From Octopus sinensis (taxonomy: Eukaryota), in the NCBI RefSeq assembly GCF_006345805.1, contig NC_042999.1, forward strand, positions 74,896,001 to 74,960,000: 64,000 nucleotides of DNA, written 5' to 3'. Shown here piece by piece: positions 37,715-50,289 of this stretch; within the stretch, counting starts at the first letter, position 1, and each line of letters starts with the position of its first letter. The translations under genes and the position numbers were made by a program. The notes below the pieces were generated by a model. The model was not told the origin of the DNA. It did not search any database and saw only the letters and a program-made list of their open reading frames with translations.

Positions 37715-39688
37715 ACAGCAACTGCAGGAGAAATACCTAGCCAAAGATAAACCCTTATACTGGGCTTTTGTGGACTTGGAGAAAGCCTTTGATAGGGACC
37801 CCTGATTCATTATCTGGTGGGCAATGCAGCACTAGGGATTGACAAATGGTTAATAAGGGAAGTACAGGCCCTTTACAGAGATGCCTTTAGTAAGGTTAGA
37901 GTTGGCAATGAGTATAGTGAAGAATTCCAGGTAGAAGTAGGGGTCCACCAAGGATCAGCCCTCACCCCACTCTGATTCATCATAGTCCTTATTCATCATA
38001 GGCAATAACAGGAATTCAAGGCAGGTTGCCCCTGGAAGTGCCTCTATGCTGATGACCTGGCTCTCATATTTATTTATTGCCCACAAGGGGCTAAACATAG
38101 AGAGGTCAAACAAGGACAGACAAAGGGATTAAGTCGATTACATCAACCCCAACTGGTACTTAATTTATCGACCCCAAAAGGATGAAAGGCAAAGTCGACC
38201 TCGGCAGAATTTGAACTCAGAACGTAACGTCAGGCGAAATACCGGTAAGCATTTCGCCCGACGTGCTAACGTTTCTGCCAGCTCGCCGCTGGCTCTCATA
38301 GTAGAATCACTACCAGAACTAGAGAAGAAATTTCAGGTGTGGAAGCAAGGTTTAGAATCAAAGAGCCTTAAAGTCAATGTCACAAAAACCAAAGTCCTAG
38401 TAAGTAGGAAGGCGAACACATCACAAACTGCTTCAGGTAGATAGTCTCGCTCGATCTGTAGAAAAGGTGTAGGTAGAAACTCCATAAGATGTACCCATAA
38501 GAGGTGTAGCAACATCAAAGGAAGGTTAACCGGGAAGATAGCTTTCGTGTGCGGCAGATGCGCAGGGGCAATAAACACCACAGATGCTCAGAAAATAGAT
38601 TCCATCACATGCCAGGGGAAGAAACTAGAAGTAGTCCATAGCTTCTGATACCTAGGTGTCAAGTCTGTAGTGGGGGTGGATGCTCAGAGAGCGTTACCAC
38701 TAGAATAAGAATAGCCTGGGCAAAGTTCAGAAAGTTCCTACCTCTACTGGTGACAAAGGTCCTCTCGCTCAGAGTGAAAGGCAGATTGTACGATGCATGT
38801 GTGCGAACTGCCATGCTTCACAGCAATGAAACATGAGCCATGTCTGCTGAAGACATGCGTAGGCTTGAAAGAAATGAAGCTAGTATGATCCACTGGATGT
38901 GTAATGTCAATGTGCACACACGACAGAGTGTAAACACCCTGAGAGAAATGTTGGACATAAGAAGCATCAGATGTGGCATGCAAGAGAGATGATTATGCTA
39001 GTATGGTCATGTACTAAGAAGTGTCACTCCCAAACAGTGAAATGGACCCGTGGTAGACGGAGACCCAGGAAGATATGGGATGAGGTAGTGAAGCATGACC
39101 TTCGAACATTGGGCCACACAGAGGCAATGACGAAAGACCGAGACCTCAGGCTGTAACTGAGAAGACCCGGCAAGTAAAGTGAGATCACAGCTGTAGCCTA
39201 CACCAGTGTTGCATAACCAGCCCACTTGAAAAATAAGAAGTAGTTTTGGATGGTCGGGCGACATGCCATGCTTGAGGAGACCTATTGAGTCAAGTACTCA
39301 TAACCAAAATCAAATCAAATGGAAATTGTAGTTGTGGCTGATGCTAATGCCGCCTAACTGGCTCTCATGCTGGTGGCACGCAATAAGCACCATTCATGCG
39401 TTAGTCGTTGCCAGTGCTGCCTGACTGGCTCCCCGTGCTGGTGGCACATAAAAAGCCCCATCCAAACGTGGCCGATGCCAGCCCCCTCACCCCGTCTGGC
39501 TCCTGTGCCAGTGGCACGTAAGAAACTCCCACTACACTCTTGGAGTGGTTGGCGTTAGGAAGGATATCCAGCTGTAGAAATGTTGCCAGATCAGATTGGA
39601 TCCTGGTGCGGCCTCCTGCTTGCCAAACCCCAGTCAAACCGTCCAACCCATACCAGCCTGGAAAACGGATGTTAAACGATGATGATGA

Positions 39689-39692
<4 letters not shown>
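37715..39692 (+). mobile_element. RTE LINE, 5'-truncated and decayed, with 3' UTR and (GAT)n tail
   Basis: Colinear with 52330-54200: [28 protein letters not shown] relic and LGHTEAMT. Confidence 0.9.
38069..38288 (-). mobile_element. full SINE family A copy inserted next to the RTE YADD motif
   Basis: 12-bp TSD CTGGCTCTCATA at 38057-38068 and 38289-38300. Head GGCGAGCTGGCAGAAACG. Confidence 0.9.
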
Positions 39693-41447
<1,755 letters not shown>

Positions 41448-41802
41448 TGAATAATAAATATTTAATAGTTTATTGAATATTGAGTCTGGTAAGTTACAAT
41501 TTTATTTATTTTATAAATTTTGTTAAATTTTTGTTATATTTCTATTATAATTTCGTTAAATTATAATTTTGTTATATTAATCTATTTGTATGCAATCTCT
41601 TTATATTTGAAATAGTTTTATTTAGTTGTTTACTTAATCCATTTTATTTTATATAGAAGTATAGATTAGTAGATTAATTTTTTAGATTTAATTTAATATT
41701 TACCTCTATTATGTATTGTAGTATGATTATAGACATTTATATATATATATTTATTTATAATTTATGTGGATGTGTGTGTTTGTATATATGTGTATTTGAT
41801 GA

Positions 41803-41835
<33 letters not shown>

Positions 41836-42726
41836 GTATATGCATTTATTTATTTGTATGTGTGTGGGTGTGTATATATTGGTGTAAGTGTATATATTGA
41901 GTATTGTATGTATGTATATGTATGTATGAGTGTGCATATGTGTATGGGTGTAAGTGTGTGTATATATGTGTGTATATATGTATATGAATGTATGTGAGTA
42001 TGTATGTGTATATGTGTATGTATATGTATATGTATGTATATGTGTATATGTGTATATATGTATATGTATATGTATGGATATTTTATTATATATTTATGTA
42101 TACGTATGTATGGTTATAATACAAATTTTGATTAGTATATATAGATTTGTTATGATCACTAATTTTAGCTTATGATATAAGGGTATGGGTAATAATTTAT
42201 AATATGTAGTGGGGTATGTATTTATTAATCTTATAAGATTTTTAGAATATATTTAATAATAAGTGGTTTTTAATCATTTAATTTATTTTGTATTAAGTTT
42301 CATTTATCATAGTTATTTTATTGATAAATATTATAGTATAGAGAGATTTTATTCTTTATTTGTGAATTCATTCTTTTTACAATGATAAACATATAATTTT
42401 CCATTCATAATCTTTAAATAACGTAGGTTCCTCACGCGCAAAGAATTCCTCAACAATTTATTCTATTTTTTTGCTAATAACGTAATTCTATGAGTATTCT
42501 TTTAAACGCTGTATAAGACGTTTTTGATACAAAATTAGTTCATTGTTTAAAACTCGCCAAGAAAAGTATGTATCTTTTAAGATCTTCAAATTGTTAATTT
42601 TTAATATTGTATAAGCCTTAGGAGTAATAATATTCTCCTTATGTAAATATTGTTGTTTATGTAATGATCTAATTATCGTAATTTTCTATGTTATTAGATA
42701 TTAAATAAATTAGATAAACTTTGATA

Positions 42727-42773
42727 AAATTAGATATGTTTCGACTAAAGATGGTCTAGGCCATGTCTAATTT
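42727..42773 (-). other. hammerhead-scaffold motif with non-canonical core, copy 1
   Basis: AAATTAGA-CATGGCCTA-GACC-ATCTTT-AGTC-GAAA-CATA-TCTAATTT. Confidence 0.45.
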
Positions 42774-43277
42774 AATAGAATAATTTATATTAGATAATTA
42801 TTCCCATTCATAATTATGTTTATAGTACTTATAGTATTTATTTAATACTATATTACTAAGAATTGAATATTTCTATAAGTATTTTACATAAGATTTTGAA
42901 AGTCAGTTTAAGTTAGTTTATTTGTATTTTGAAATTAGCTATTTCATCTTTAAATATGAAATATTAAATATATTAGGTTTTCATTATATACAATTGTTTA
43001 TAGAGATTATTATAGATCTTGATTATAATATTTATATATATTTTCATTGATAATTTATATATATTAGTCATTTTACATATCTATGTAATTAGATATAGAC
43101 TAATATTGGTATTAGAATATGGGTTTTCTACCTATAAATTAAAGTTAATATTTAACATTATAGTCGATTTCGACATAATCATATTTAATAATAGAGTTTA
43201 TTATAAGTAAATTATTATTTTAGATTATATATATTATTTATATCTTAAAAATATTGATTATATTTTAGATTTTGAAA

Positions 43278-43340
43278 CCACCTGATGAATGACTGCGACT
43301 CATAAATTTGATGACAGTAGCCAGGAAACGATTGTAGTGG
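43278..43340 (+). ncRNA. degenerate type I hammerhead ribozyme
   Basis: CCAC-CTGATGA-[imperfect hairpin ...TCATAAATTTGATGACAGTAGCCAG]-GAAA-CGATTG-TA-GTGG. Confidence 0.5.
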
Positions 43341-43456
43341 ATATTAATTATATTTTTTAATAATTGTTACATATTTAAATAATATAAATTAATTTATGTA
43401 TTGAATTAAGTCTTTCATTGTTTGATTTGCCTAATAGTGGTTTTGTCTCTAATTTA

Positions 43457-43459
<3 letters not shown>

Positions 43460-43504
<45 letters not shown>

Positions 43505-43526
43505 CATACATAGATATATATATAAA

Positions 43527-43558
<32 letters not shown>

Positions 43559-43732
43559 CATACATATACATACATACATACACATACATAATTACATATA
43601 CATACATACATACATATACATACATACATACACATACATAATTACATATACATACATACATACATATATCTACATACATGCATGCATACATATACATACA
43701 TACATACATACATACATACATACATACATACA

Positions 43733-43764
<32 letters not shown>

Positions 43765-43795
43765 CATACATATATAAATATATATTTATATATAA
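43460..43795. repeat. (TA)n/(TACA)n compound microsatellite
   Basis: Direct reading. Confidence 0.97.
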
Positions 43796-43799
43796 AGGG

Positions 43800-44830
43800 A
43801 AAGTTTACGAAAATAAACAAAAGACGAAGGCAGGTGGAGTACAAACAAACAAATGTATTAGTATAGCGCTCAGGAATAGAAAAAGTCTTTTACGTTTCGA
43901 GCTTACGCTCTTCGACAGAAAGATACACAGAAAAATACAAGGAGAGAAACAAGGAGAAAAATAAATGCGTGTAGTAGCTAACGATCTATCATGGCATCCT
44001 GACTTCGGACAATGGTCAGACGCGAGAGGGACAGTAGGGGAGATAACAGAGTCAAGTGACTTCCAATACGAAGGTGCCCCCAACACAAAGGTGCGTGTGT
44101 GTATAAGAGAGTATGTAGGTGCGTGTGAAAGGGGGCTGGTGGTCTGGACGTGTGTGTGTATGTATGTGTGTGGAGATGGGGGGATGGGTGTGTGGGTGGT
44201 GTGTTGTGATGTGATATGTGTATGTATGTGTAGGTGTAAAGATGTGGGGATGGGTGTGTGGATGGTGTGCTGTGGTGTGTGGGTGGTGTGTTGTGATGTG
44301 ATGTGTAATGTTGTATGGTGGAGTGTAGTGTGGTATGATGTTGTGGAGAGGTGGGGGAGGCGAGAGTGGGGAAAGCACAGGTGGAGAGAGGGGGAGAGAG
44401 GAGAGGAGGGAGGAGAGATGAGAGGGGGAAGAGAGAGGAGGAGGGAGGGAGAGGAGGGGAGGAGGGAGGGAGAGGGAGAGGGAAGAGAAGGCAGTGAGGG
44501 AGCAGAGAGAAAGAGAGAAGTGAGTAGGGGAGAAGAGGGAAAGAGAGTAGAGGGGAAGAGGGAAGAAGGGGGAAGAAGGGAAAGAAGGGAAGAAGAAGGA
44601 AGAAGGGAAAGAGGGTAGGGGGAAAGAGAGAAAGAGAGTAGGGGTGAAAAGATGTAGGAGTGAAGAGAAGTAGGAGTCGGGGAGGAGGTTAGATGAAAAG
44701 GGGGTGAGAACTGAGCCCAAATGACGTAAAAGAGCGAAGTGAGAAGATTAATCCCTGTTCGTGGAGCAAGCGGGAATCTGTGCAAGGACAATCCGAACAC
44801 AGACAGGTGTTGCAAGGAGTGACCAGGTGG
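43800..44830 (-). mobile_element. Penelope-like element 3' end (GIY-YIG C-terminus, pyrimidine-rich UTR, hammerhead)
   Basis: PPGHSLQHLSVFGLSLH, then a frameshift to DSRLLHEQGLIFSLRSFTSFGL (the R..E..LIF.L.....GL motif). A minimal hammerhead lies downstream on the same strand. Confidence 0.7.
43886..43923 (-). ncRNA. minimal (stem III-less) hammerhead ribozyme, Penelope type, A6U core variant
   Basis: TCTTT-CTGTCGA-A-GAGC-GTAA-GCTC-GAAA-CG-TA-AAAGA. Stem I has 5 bp, stem II has 4 bp with a GNRA loop, and there is an ACGT palindrome. Confidence 0.7.
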
Positions 44831-44837
44831 TGCTATT

Positions 44838-44884
44838 AAGTTAGACATGGCCTGGGCCAATACTGGCCAAAACCTTTCTAAGTT
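44838..44884 (+). other. hammerhead-scaffold motif with non-canonical core, copy 2
   Basis: AAGTTAGA-CATGGCCTG-GGCC-AATACT-GGCC-AAAA-CCTT-TCTAAGTT. Confidence 0.45.
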
Positions 44885-45083
44885 ATTCTAAGTTATATAT
44901 ACCTAAATATATATAAATACATATATATATATATAATTTATATATAGAGGGCATTATACATACATGCCAGATGGCATTATACATACATGCCACACGCTAA
45001 GAGGGACAATTAGTCATTTCTACCTCCTTATTAAGTAGTTGTCCTTAATTGCTATATATATATATATATATGCATATATATAT

Positions 45084-45193
<110 letters not shown>

Positions 45194-45198
45194 CATAC

Positions 45199-45269
<71 letters not shown>

Positions 45270-45271
<2 letters not shown>

Positions 45272-45775
45272 ATATATCTCGACTTTGCAAAGGCCTTTGA
45301 TAAAGTCGATCATGGAATGATATGTCACAAACTGCGTGATCTTGGCATAGTTGGAAAATTGGGAGAATGGCTTCATGACTTTCTGAAGGATAGAAGTCAG
45401 GTGGTACTGCATAGTGCCAAGGACTCCAAATTTACCATAAAGATGTAGGACAAGATACTGTGATAGCCTGGGCTTCCGAGGCCCACATCTCTTCAATATC
45501 CTCCCGAAGAACCTAAGAGACCTGTATGGGGTGGATGCAGATGTCTTTAAAATAAAACTGGATCTCTTCTTGTCAGGTGTCCCAGATGAACCAACTTCAC
45601 AGCAGGAGGTGCAGATGAGGGCAGCTTCATTGAACTCTCTCATGCACCAAATGGCAGTTGCTAAAAAGCATTCGTGAAGTAAAATCATGTGGCAACACCA
45701 AATGGCGGTGCCCCAGCATGGCCACAAGCTTGTGAGCTGAAACTAGATAAAAATAAAAAAATAAAATAAAATGAA
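45270..45775 (+). mobile_element. CR1-clade LINE fragment with a large internal deletion and intact 3' tail
   Basis: [28 protein letters not shown] is joined at ~45405 to the C-terminal [27 protein letters not shown]. Tail GGCGGTGCCCCAGCATGGCCAC...(TAAAA)n. Confidence 0.8.
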
Positions 45776-45787
45776 TAATATACATAC

Positions 45788-45852
<65 letters not shown>

Positions 45853-45929
45853 CATACACATATATATACATGTATATATATATATATATACATACATACA
45901 TACATATATATATATACATATATATATAC

Positions 45930-46013
<84 letters not shown>

Positions 46014-46659
46014 TCATATCGGTCATCTATTCATAATTCAAAAAAAGCATTTTAAAAATATTTTCAGTAGTATCATTTCATAATATAATGTTGGTGTTGG
46101 TCAGAGACTTAACTACTGTTTTCGTACCTATAACTCTTACAGCCACATAAGTGACTTGTCAGGCTTGTTGTTCGGAGGCATATTAAATCTCTCCTTGGAG
46201 GTAGAAATACAGTACTTGTCCAACCAGGTTTGTGAAAACGAGAACCCTGAAACAAAATTCTGCAAAGCGCGAACCACTGGGCAGGATAGAGTTTTTTCCC
46301 TTTGACCCATTGTATCCAAGACTGGAACCGATCCAAGGGAGAGAACTCTATCTTACTCAGAAGGTTATGTCGCTTAGTGGAATTTCGTTTCTGGGTTTTG
46401 TAAATTTGGGAAAAGTGAGTGGGTTCTTAGGTGATACTTCTCTGCATCCAGAAAAAGGGATTTCGCGGGTACTTGATAAAACGCAAAGGGATCTTCTACA
46501 TGTCAGTGAAAGAGGTATATACTAGCCAACGAATTAGTTAGCCTCAATCCCACAAAAAGTTTTCAAGAGACAAACATCTGCAAGTAGTAAGGTTAGAGAG
46601 GAGGGAATATACCATTTTTAGTCACCAGGCTTTAGTGATAAGAATAGACGACAGCTTAG

Positions 46660-46704
<45 letters not shown>

Positions 46705-46769
46705 CGTGCGTGCGTGTGTGTGTGTGTGTGCGTGCGTGTGTGTGTGTGTGCTTGCGTGTGTGTGTGTGC

Positions 46770-46804
<35 letters not shown>

Positions 46805-46824
46805 TGCGTGTGTGTGTGTTTGTC

Positions 46825-46864
<40 letters not shown>
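46660..46864. repeat. (TG)n imperfect microsatellite
   Basis: Direct reading. Confidence 0.98.
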
Positions 46865-46865
<1 letters not shown>

Positions 46866-46869
46866 TTGC

Positions 46870-47070
46870 ATATCATCATCATCATCATTTAATGTTCACT
46901 TTCCATGCTGGCATGGGCTAGACTGTGCACTAGGAAACCAGTAAACTGCAGGGCTGCGTTTGGCTCTGATGTCATATTTGGTATGGTTTCTATGGTTGAA
47001 TGTCCCTCCTGATGCCAGCCACTTCACAGAGTGCATTAAGTATCTTTTATGTGCCACTGACACAAATTAA
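46870..47070 (-). mobile_element. RTE-type 3' tail fragment
   Basis: (ATC)n followed by TTTAATGTTCACTTTCCATGCTGGCATGGG, the reverse complement of the RTE terminus. Confidence 0.7.
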
Positions 47071-47939
47071 GTTGCCATGAAACCTGCAAGACGTAAAAGA
47101 ATAGAGGGACAGGAAAGAGAAAAAGCTCCTGCTACTAAGAGGAAGTATGTGGAAGGGGAAGTTGGAGATGAGTGGCTTTATACCAGGTGTTGTAAGGCTG
47201 AAATATGATAGAAAGATAAGCATAGGTTTCTTATTATATAGGAGATGCATAGCTGAAGGAGATAAGAGGAAATTAGAGATGGGGTGCCTGAGCAAACTGC
47301 CATGGAGCAGGAAGGCAAGCATAAGAAAATATACAGACAATAGATCATAGGATGAGATGTGAGAGTGTGTAGATGCTTTCATAGACTTGTGAGGGGAAGT
47401 AAACAGGTGGATATAGAGATTTAGGTCTAGTGTAGCATGGGATGAGCATGGGTGGGTGTGTTGTGCAGATGATGGGAAATACCAGTATGGAAAGGGGTTA
47501 CTTGGGAGATATAGGACTGCCTCCAGAACGAGAACAGAAAAGAAAGTATGTGCAAGGTGTAGGAGCAGTAGAGCGGGAGACATAGGACTACATATGGGGC
47601 TATAGTATGCGAATGGGTGATGAAAATAAATATAGGAGAGCACTGAGAATGATGGTAGATAAGAGAGATGTTTAGAATGGATTATAGCAGAGGCAGAGCG
47701 AGAGCAGTGGCTGAAGGCACAGAAAGAGGGAGAAAGTGATTGGTTGAAATGGGGTTGGATATGGATAATAAGGACTACAGGAGACTATAGGAGACCATCA
47801 GTGAGGGGAATGATTGTGCTCTCAGGTGAGTATAGCAGCCAAGTAGTACCACAGAAGAGGGAGGGATAGGATCTTGCATGTACATACAAGTATAACAAAG
47901 TGATTTTAGAGGGCTACAAAGACCCAGAAACAAAAATCA

Positions 47940-48284
47940 ATAGGTGTTTGTGTTTGTGTTCGTGTTTGTCCCTCAGTTGACAACTGGTGATGATGCATTT
48001 ATGTGCCCTGTAACTTAGTGATTTGGCACTAAGTACCAGTCTAAAAAAACAAAATAAGTACAGAGGTTGATTTGTTTGGCTATAAAACCCCTAAATGGCT
48101 GCAGCCCAATTACTGAAACAAGTAAAAGATGTGGTTAACATGTTTTCTTCCCAATCACATGGCTTCAGGTTCAGTACCATTGCATGGTACCTGTAGACAA
48201 GTGTCTTTTGCTACAGCTCTGGGCCAACCTAAGCCTTATGAGCAGATTTGGCAGAGAGAAAGAGAAAGAAGTCCATTATATATA
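47940..48284 (+). mobile_element. SINE family B: 3' module (47940-48125) and 5' module (48128-48284)
   Basis: Homologous to 59340-59715. The 5' module ends in (TA)n, into which a mariner inserted. Confidence 0.65.
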
Positions 48285-48286
48285 TA

Positions 48287-49576
48287 CGAGGGGCGTTCAA
48301 TAAGTAATGCCCCTGACCCACTTCCCATAGCAGTAGAGCAACGAAACTTGGCACAGTTATTAGTCTTTTTCTACATAGGAACCACCCAGAGTTATGCATT
48401 TCTCCCATCGTTTGATGCGGCTCTGGAGACCGTTTTTGTAGAAGAACCCAGCTTGATCCTCCAACCTCAACGTGACTTCAGAAATCAAGGCTGCATCATC
48501 TGGGAAACGCTTTCCTTTCAAAAACAACTTCATGATTGGGAAGAGGTGAAAATCAGAGGGTGCAAGGTCAGGAAAGTAGGAGAGATGGGGAGGAGTTCAT
48601 AGCCATACGCCTGTGCTTCTGATCTGGCGACACGCGAGTTGTGAAACGGAGCGTTGTCCTGCAGGAAGAGGATGCCTTTGCTGATCTTGCCCCGCCTCTT
48701 GATTTTGATAACTTCTCTTAATTTCCTCAAAAGTGAAGCATAATAGGCTCCTGCAATTGTGGTACCCTTTGCCAGGAAATCTGTCATCACTACTCCGTCC
48801 TGGTCCCAGAAGACTGTGAGCATGACCTTGCCAGCAGAGGGCTGCACCCTTGCCTTCTTTGGAGGGGGTGAGTCACGGTGCTTCCACTGCATTGACTGGG
48901 ATTTGGTCTCTGGATCATCGTGATGGACCCAGGTTTCATCCTGTGTAATCAGTCTTTTGAAAAATTTTGACTCATCTTCTTGGCACATCTCCAAATTCAC
49001 CCTCGAGCACTCGACGCGTTCTAGCTTCTGGAAAGGCGTGAGCAACCTGGGAATCCATCTGGCAGATACCTTTTGCATATGCAAATGGTCATGAATGATA
49101 GTTTCCACAGACCCGGTACTAATCTTGACCTCATGGGCTATTTGGCGAATAATTATGCGTCGATCTTCCAAAATGGCAGCCTCAACTTGACGGACAGATG
49201 CCTCATCAATGGCAGAAGGGGGCGACCAGATCTGGGAGCTGTTTCCACAGAGTTCAACCATGTTTGAATTCACGATGCCAGCGTTTTACAAGGTCATATG
49301 ATGGGGCATCATCACCATAATTTACTTTCATTTCATCAAAGGTCTCCCGTGGTGTGCGTCCTTTCAAATACAAAAACCGGATCACTGCTCGACACTCAAC
49401 AGGCTCCATTTCACACTTGACTCGGTTCAAACACCTGTAAATCAGAAACCACAATTAATTCAGAGCTGTAATTTGCCACTTACTCTATAGAGATATAAAT
49501 AATTGCACATGCAAAATTTCAGCTAGATCAAACAATTGCAAGTGGGTCAGAGGCATTACTTATTGAATGTCCCTCG
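48287..49576 (-). mobile_element. full-length mariner (irritans-like), 1290 bp, few lesions
   Basis: TIRs CGAGGGGCGTTCAATAAGTAATGCCCCTGACCCACTT and AAGTGGGTCAGAGGCATTACTTATTGAATGTCCCTCG, TA-flanked. Peptides MEPVECRAVIRFL, WIPRLL, TQDETW and LQDNAP; frameshifts near 49260 and 48590. Confidence 0.96.
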
Positions 49577-49600
49577 TATATATATATATATATATATATA

Positions 49601-50287
49601 TAGCTCAAATATGTTTTTCGTTTAATCTTGTCTATAGCCACTTATCTTTCCCCTAAAAATCTCACTCAGATTTTTCAAACCTACTTTCTTGCTCACACGA
49701 TTAACAGAACCTCTTCCTAGTTTACCTTTTTTGCCCCAAGTCGATATTAGTTTCAAATAATAATTATTATCGACACTGCCATCCCCTTTCAACTATGCTA
49801 GTCACAGTTCCTCCCACGTGTTCCTTGACCACCTCTCTCCCCCCCTCTCTAACTTACCCTATCTTTCTCCCTGTTTCTCTATGTCCCCCTCTTTCCATAA
49901 CCACCATCGCCATATATAACGAGCGATCGCATTATCATTAACCCCACTCGCTTCCAAATATCTAATGTAGGAATACGCACAGATCATGAACGGTTAAAGT
50001 TAAGAAATTCTTCTTTCAGCCTCGCTTTCTCTATCTATCTTTGCACGTATCATCATTATTCTTTCATTATTCTTCGATTTCTCTCTCATTATATTGTTCT
50101 TTCAGTACTCTCTCGTTTATATTATTCTATCTTTCTTTCTTTCAGTATTTCTCTCATTACTCTGTCTAGCTCAAATATGTTTTTCGTTTAGTCTTGTCTA
50201 TAGCCACTTATCTTTCCCCTAAAAATCTCACTCAGATTTTTCAAACCTACTTTCTTGCTCACGATTAACAGAACCTCTTCCTAGTTT
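49601..50287 (+). repeat. ~122-bp direct repeat (49601-49723 and 50167-50287)
   Basis: TAGCTCAAATATGTTTTTCG...CCTCTTCCTAGTTT occurs twice, differing by 1 substitution and a 2-bp indel. Confidence 0.92.
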
Positions 50288-50289
50288 CA

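Larger units (their letters stand above)
41450..43460. other. extremely AT-rich, strand-skewed block, probably a decayed Penelope-like element
   Basis: Carries two ribozyme-like motifs and a terminus (43416-43460) shared with the palindrome at 54.2 kb. No clean protein motif was recovered. Confidence 0.35.

Noticed and set aside
41450-43400. Possible mitochondrial insertion (NUMT), suggested by extreme AT content
   Set aside because: I found no mitochondrial tRNA, rRNA or protein motif. Ribozyme-like motifs and a shared terminus point to a Penelope-like origin.
43805-44860. 351-aa minus ORF and 217-aa plus ORF
   Set aside because: Open only because of low-complexity purine/pyrimidine-skewed sequence. 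Only the first ~40 codons relate to a frameshifted GIY-YIG relic.
47060-47900. 198-aa minus ORF or possible decayed Penelope RT
   Set aside because: Compositionally biased, with no intact RT motif. It cannot be supported without a profile search.
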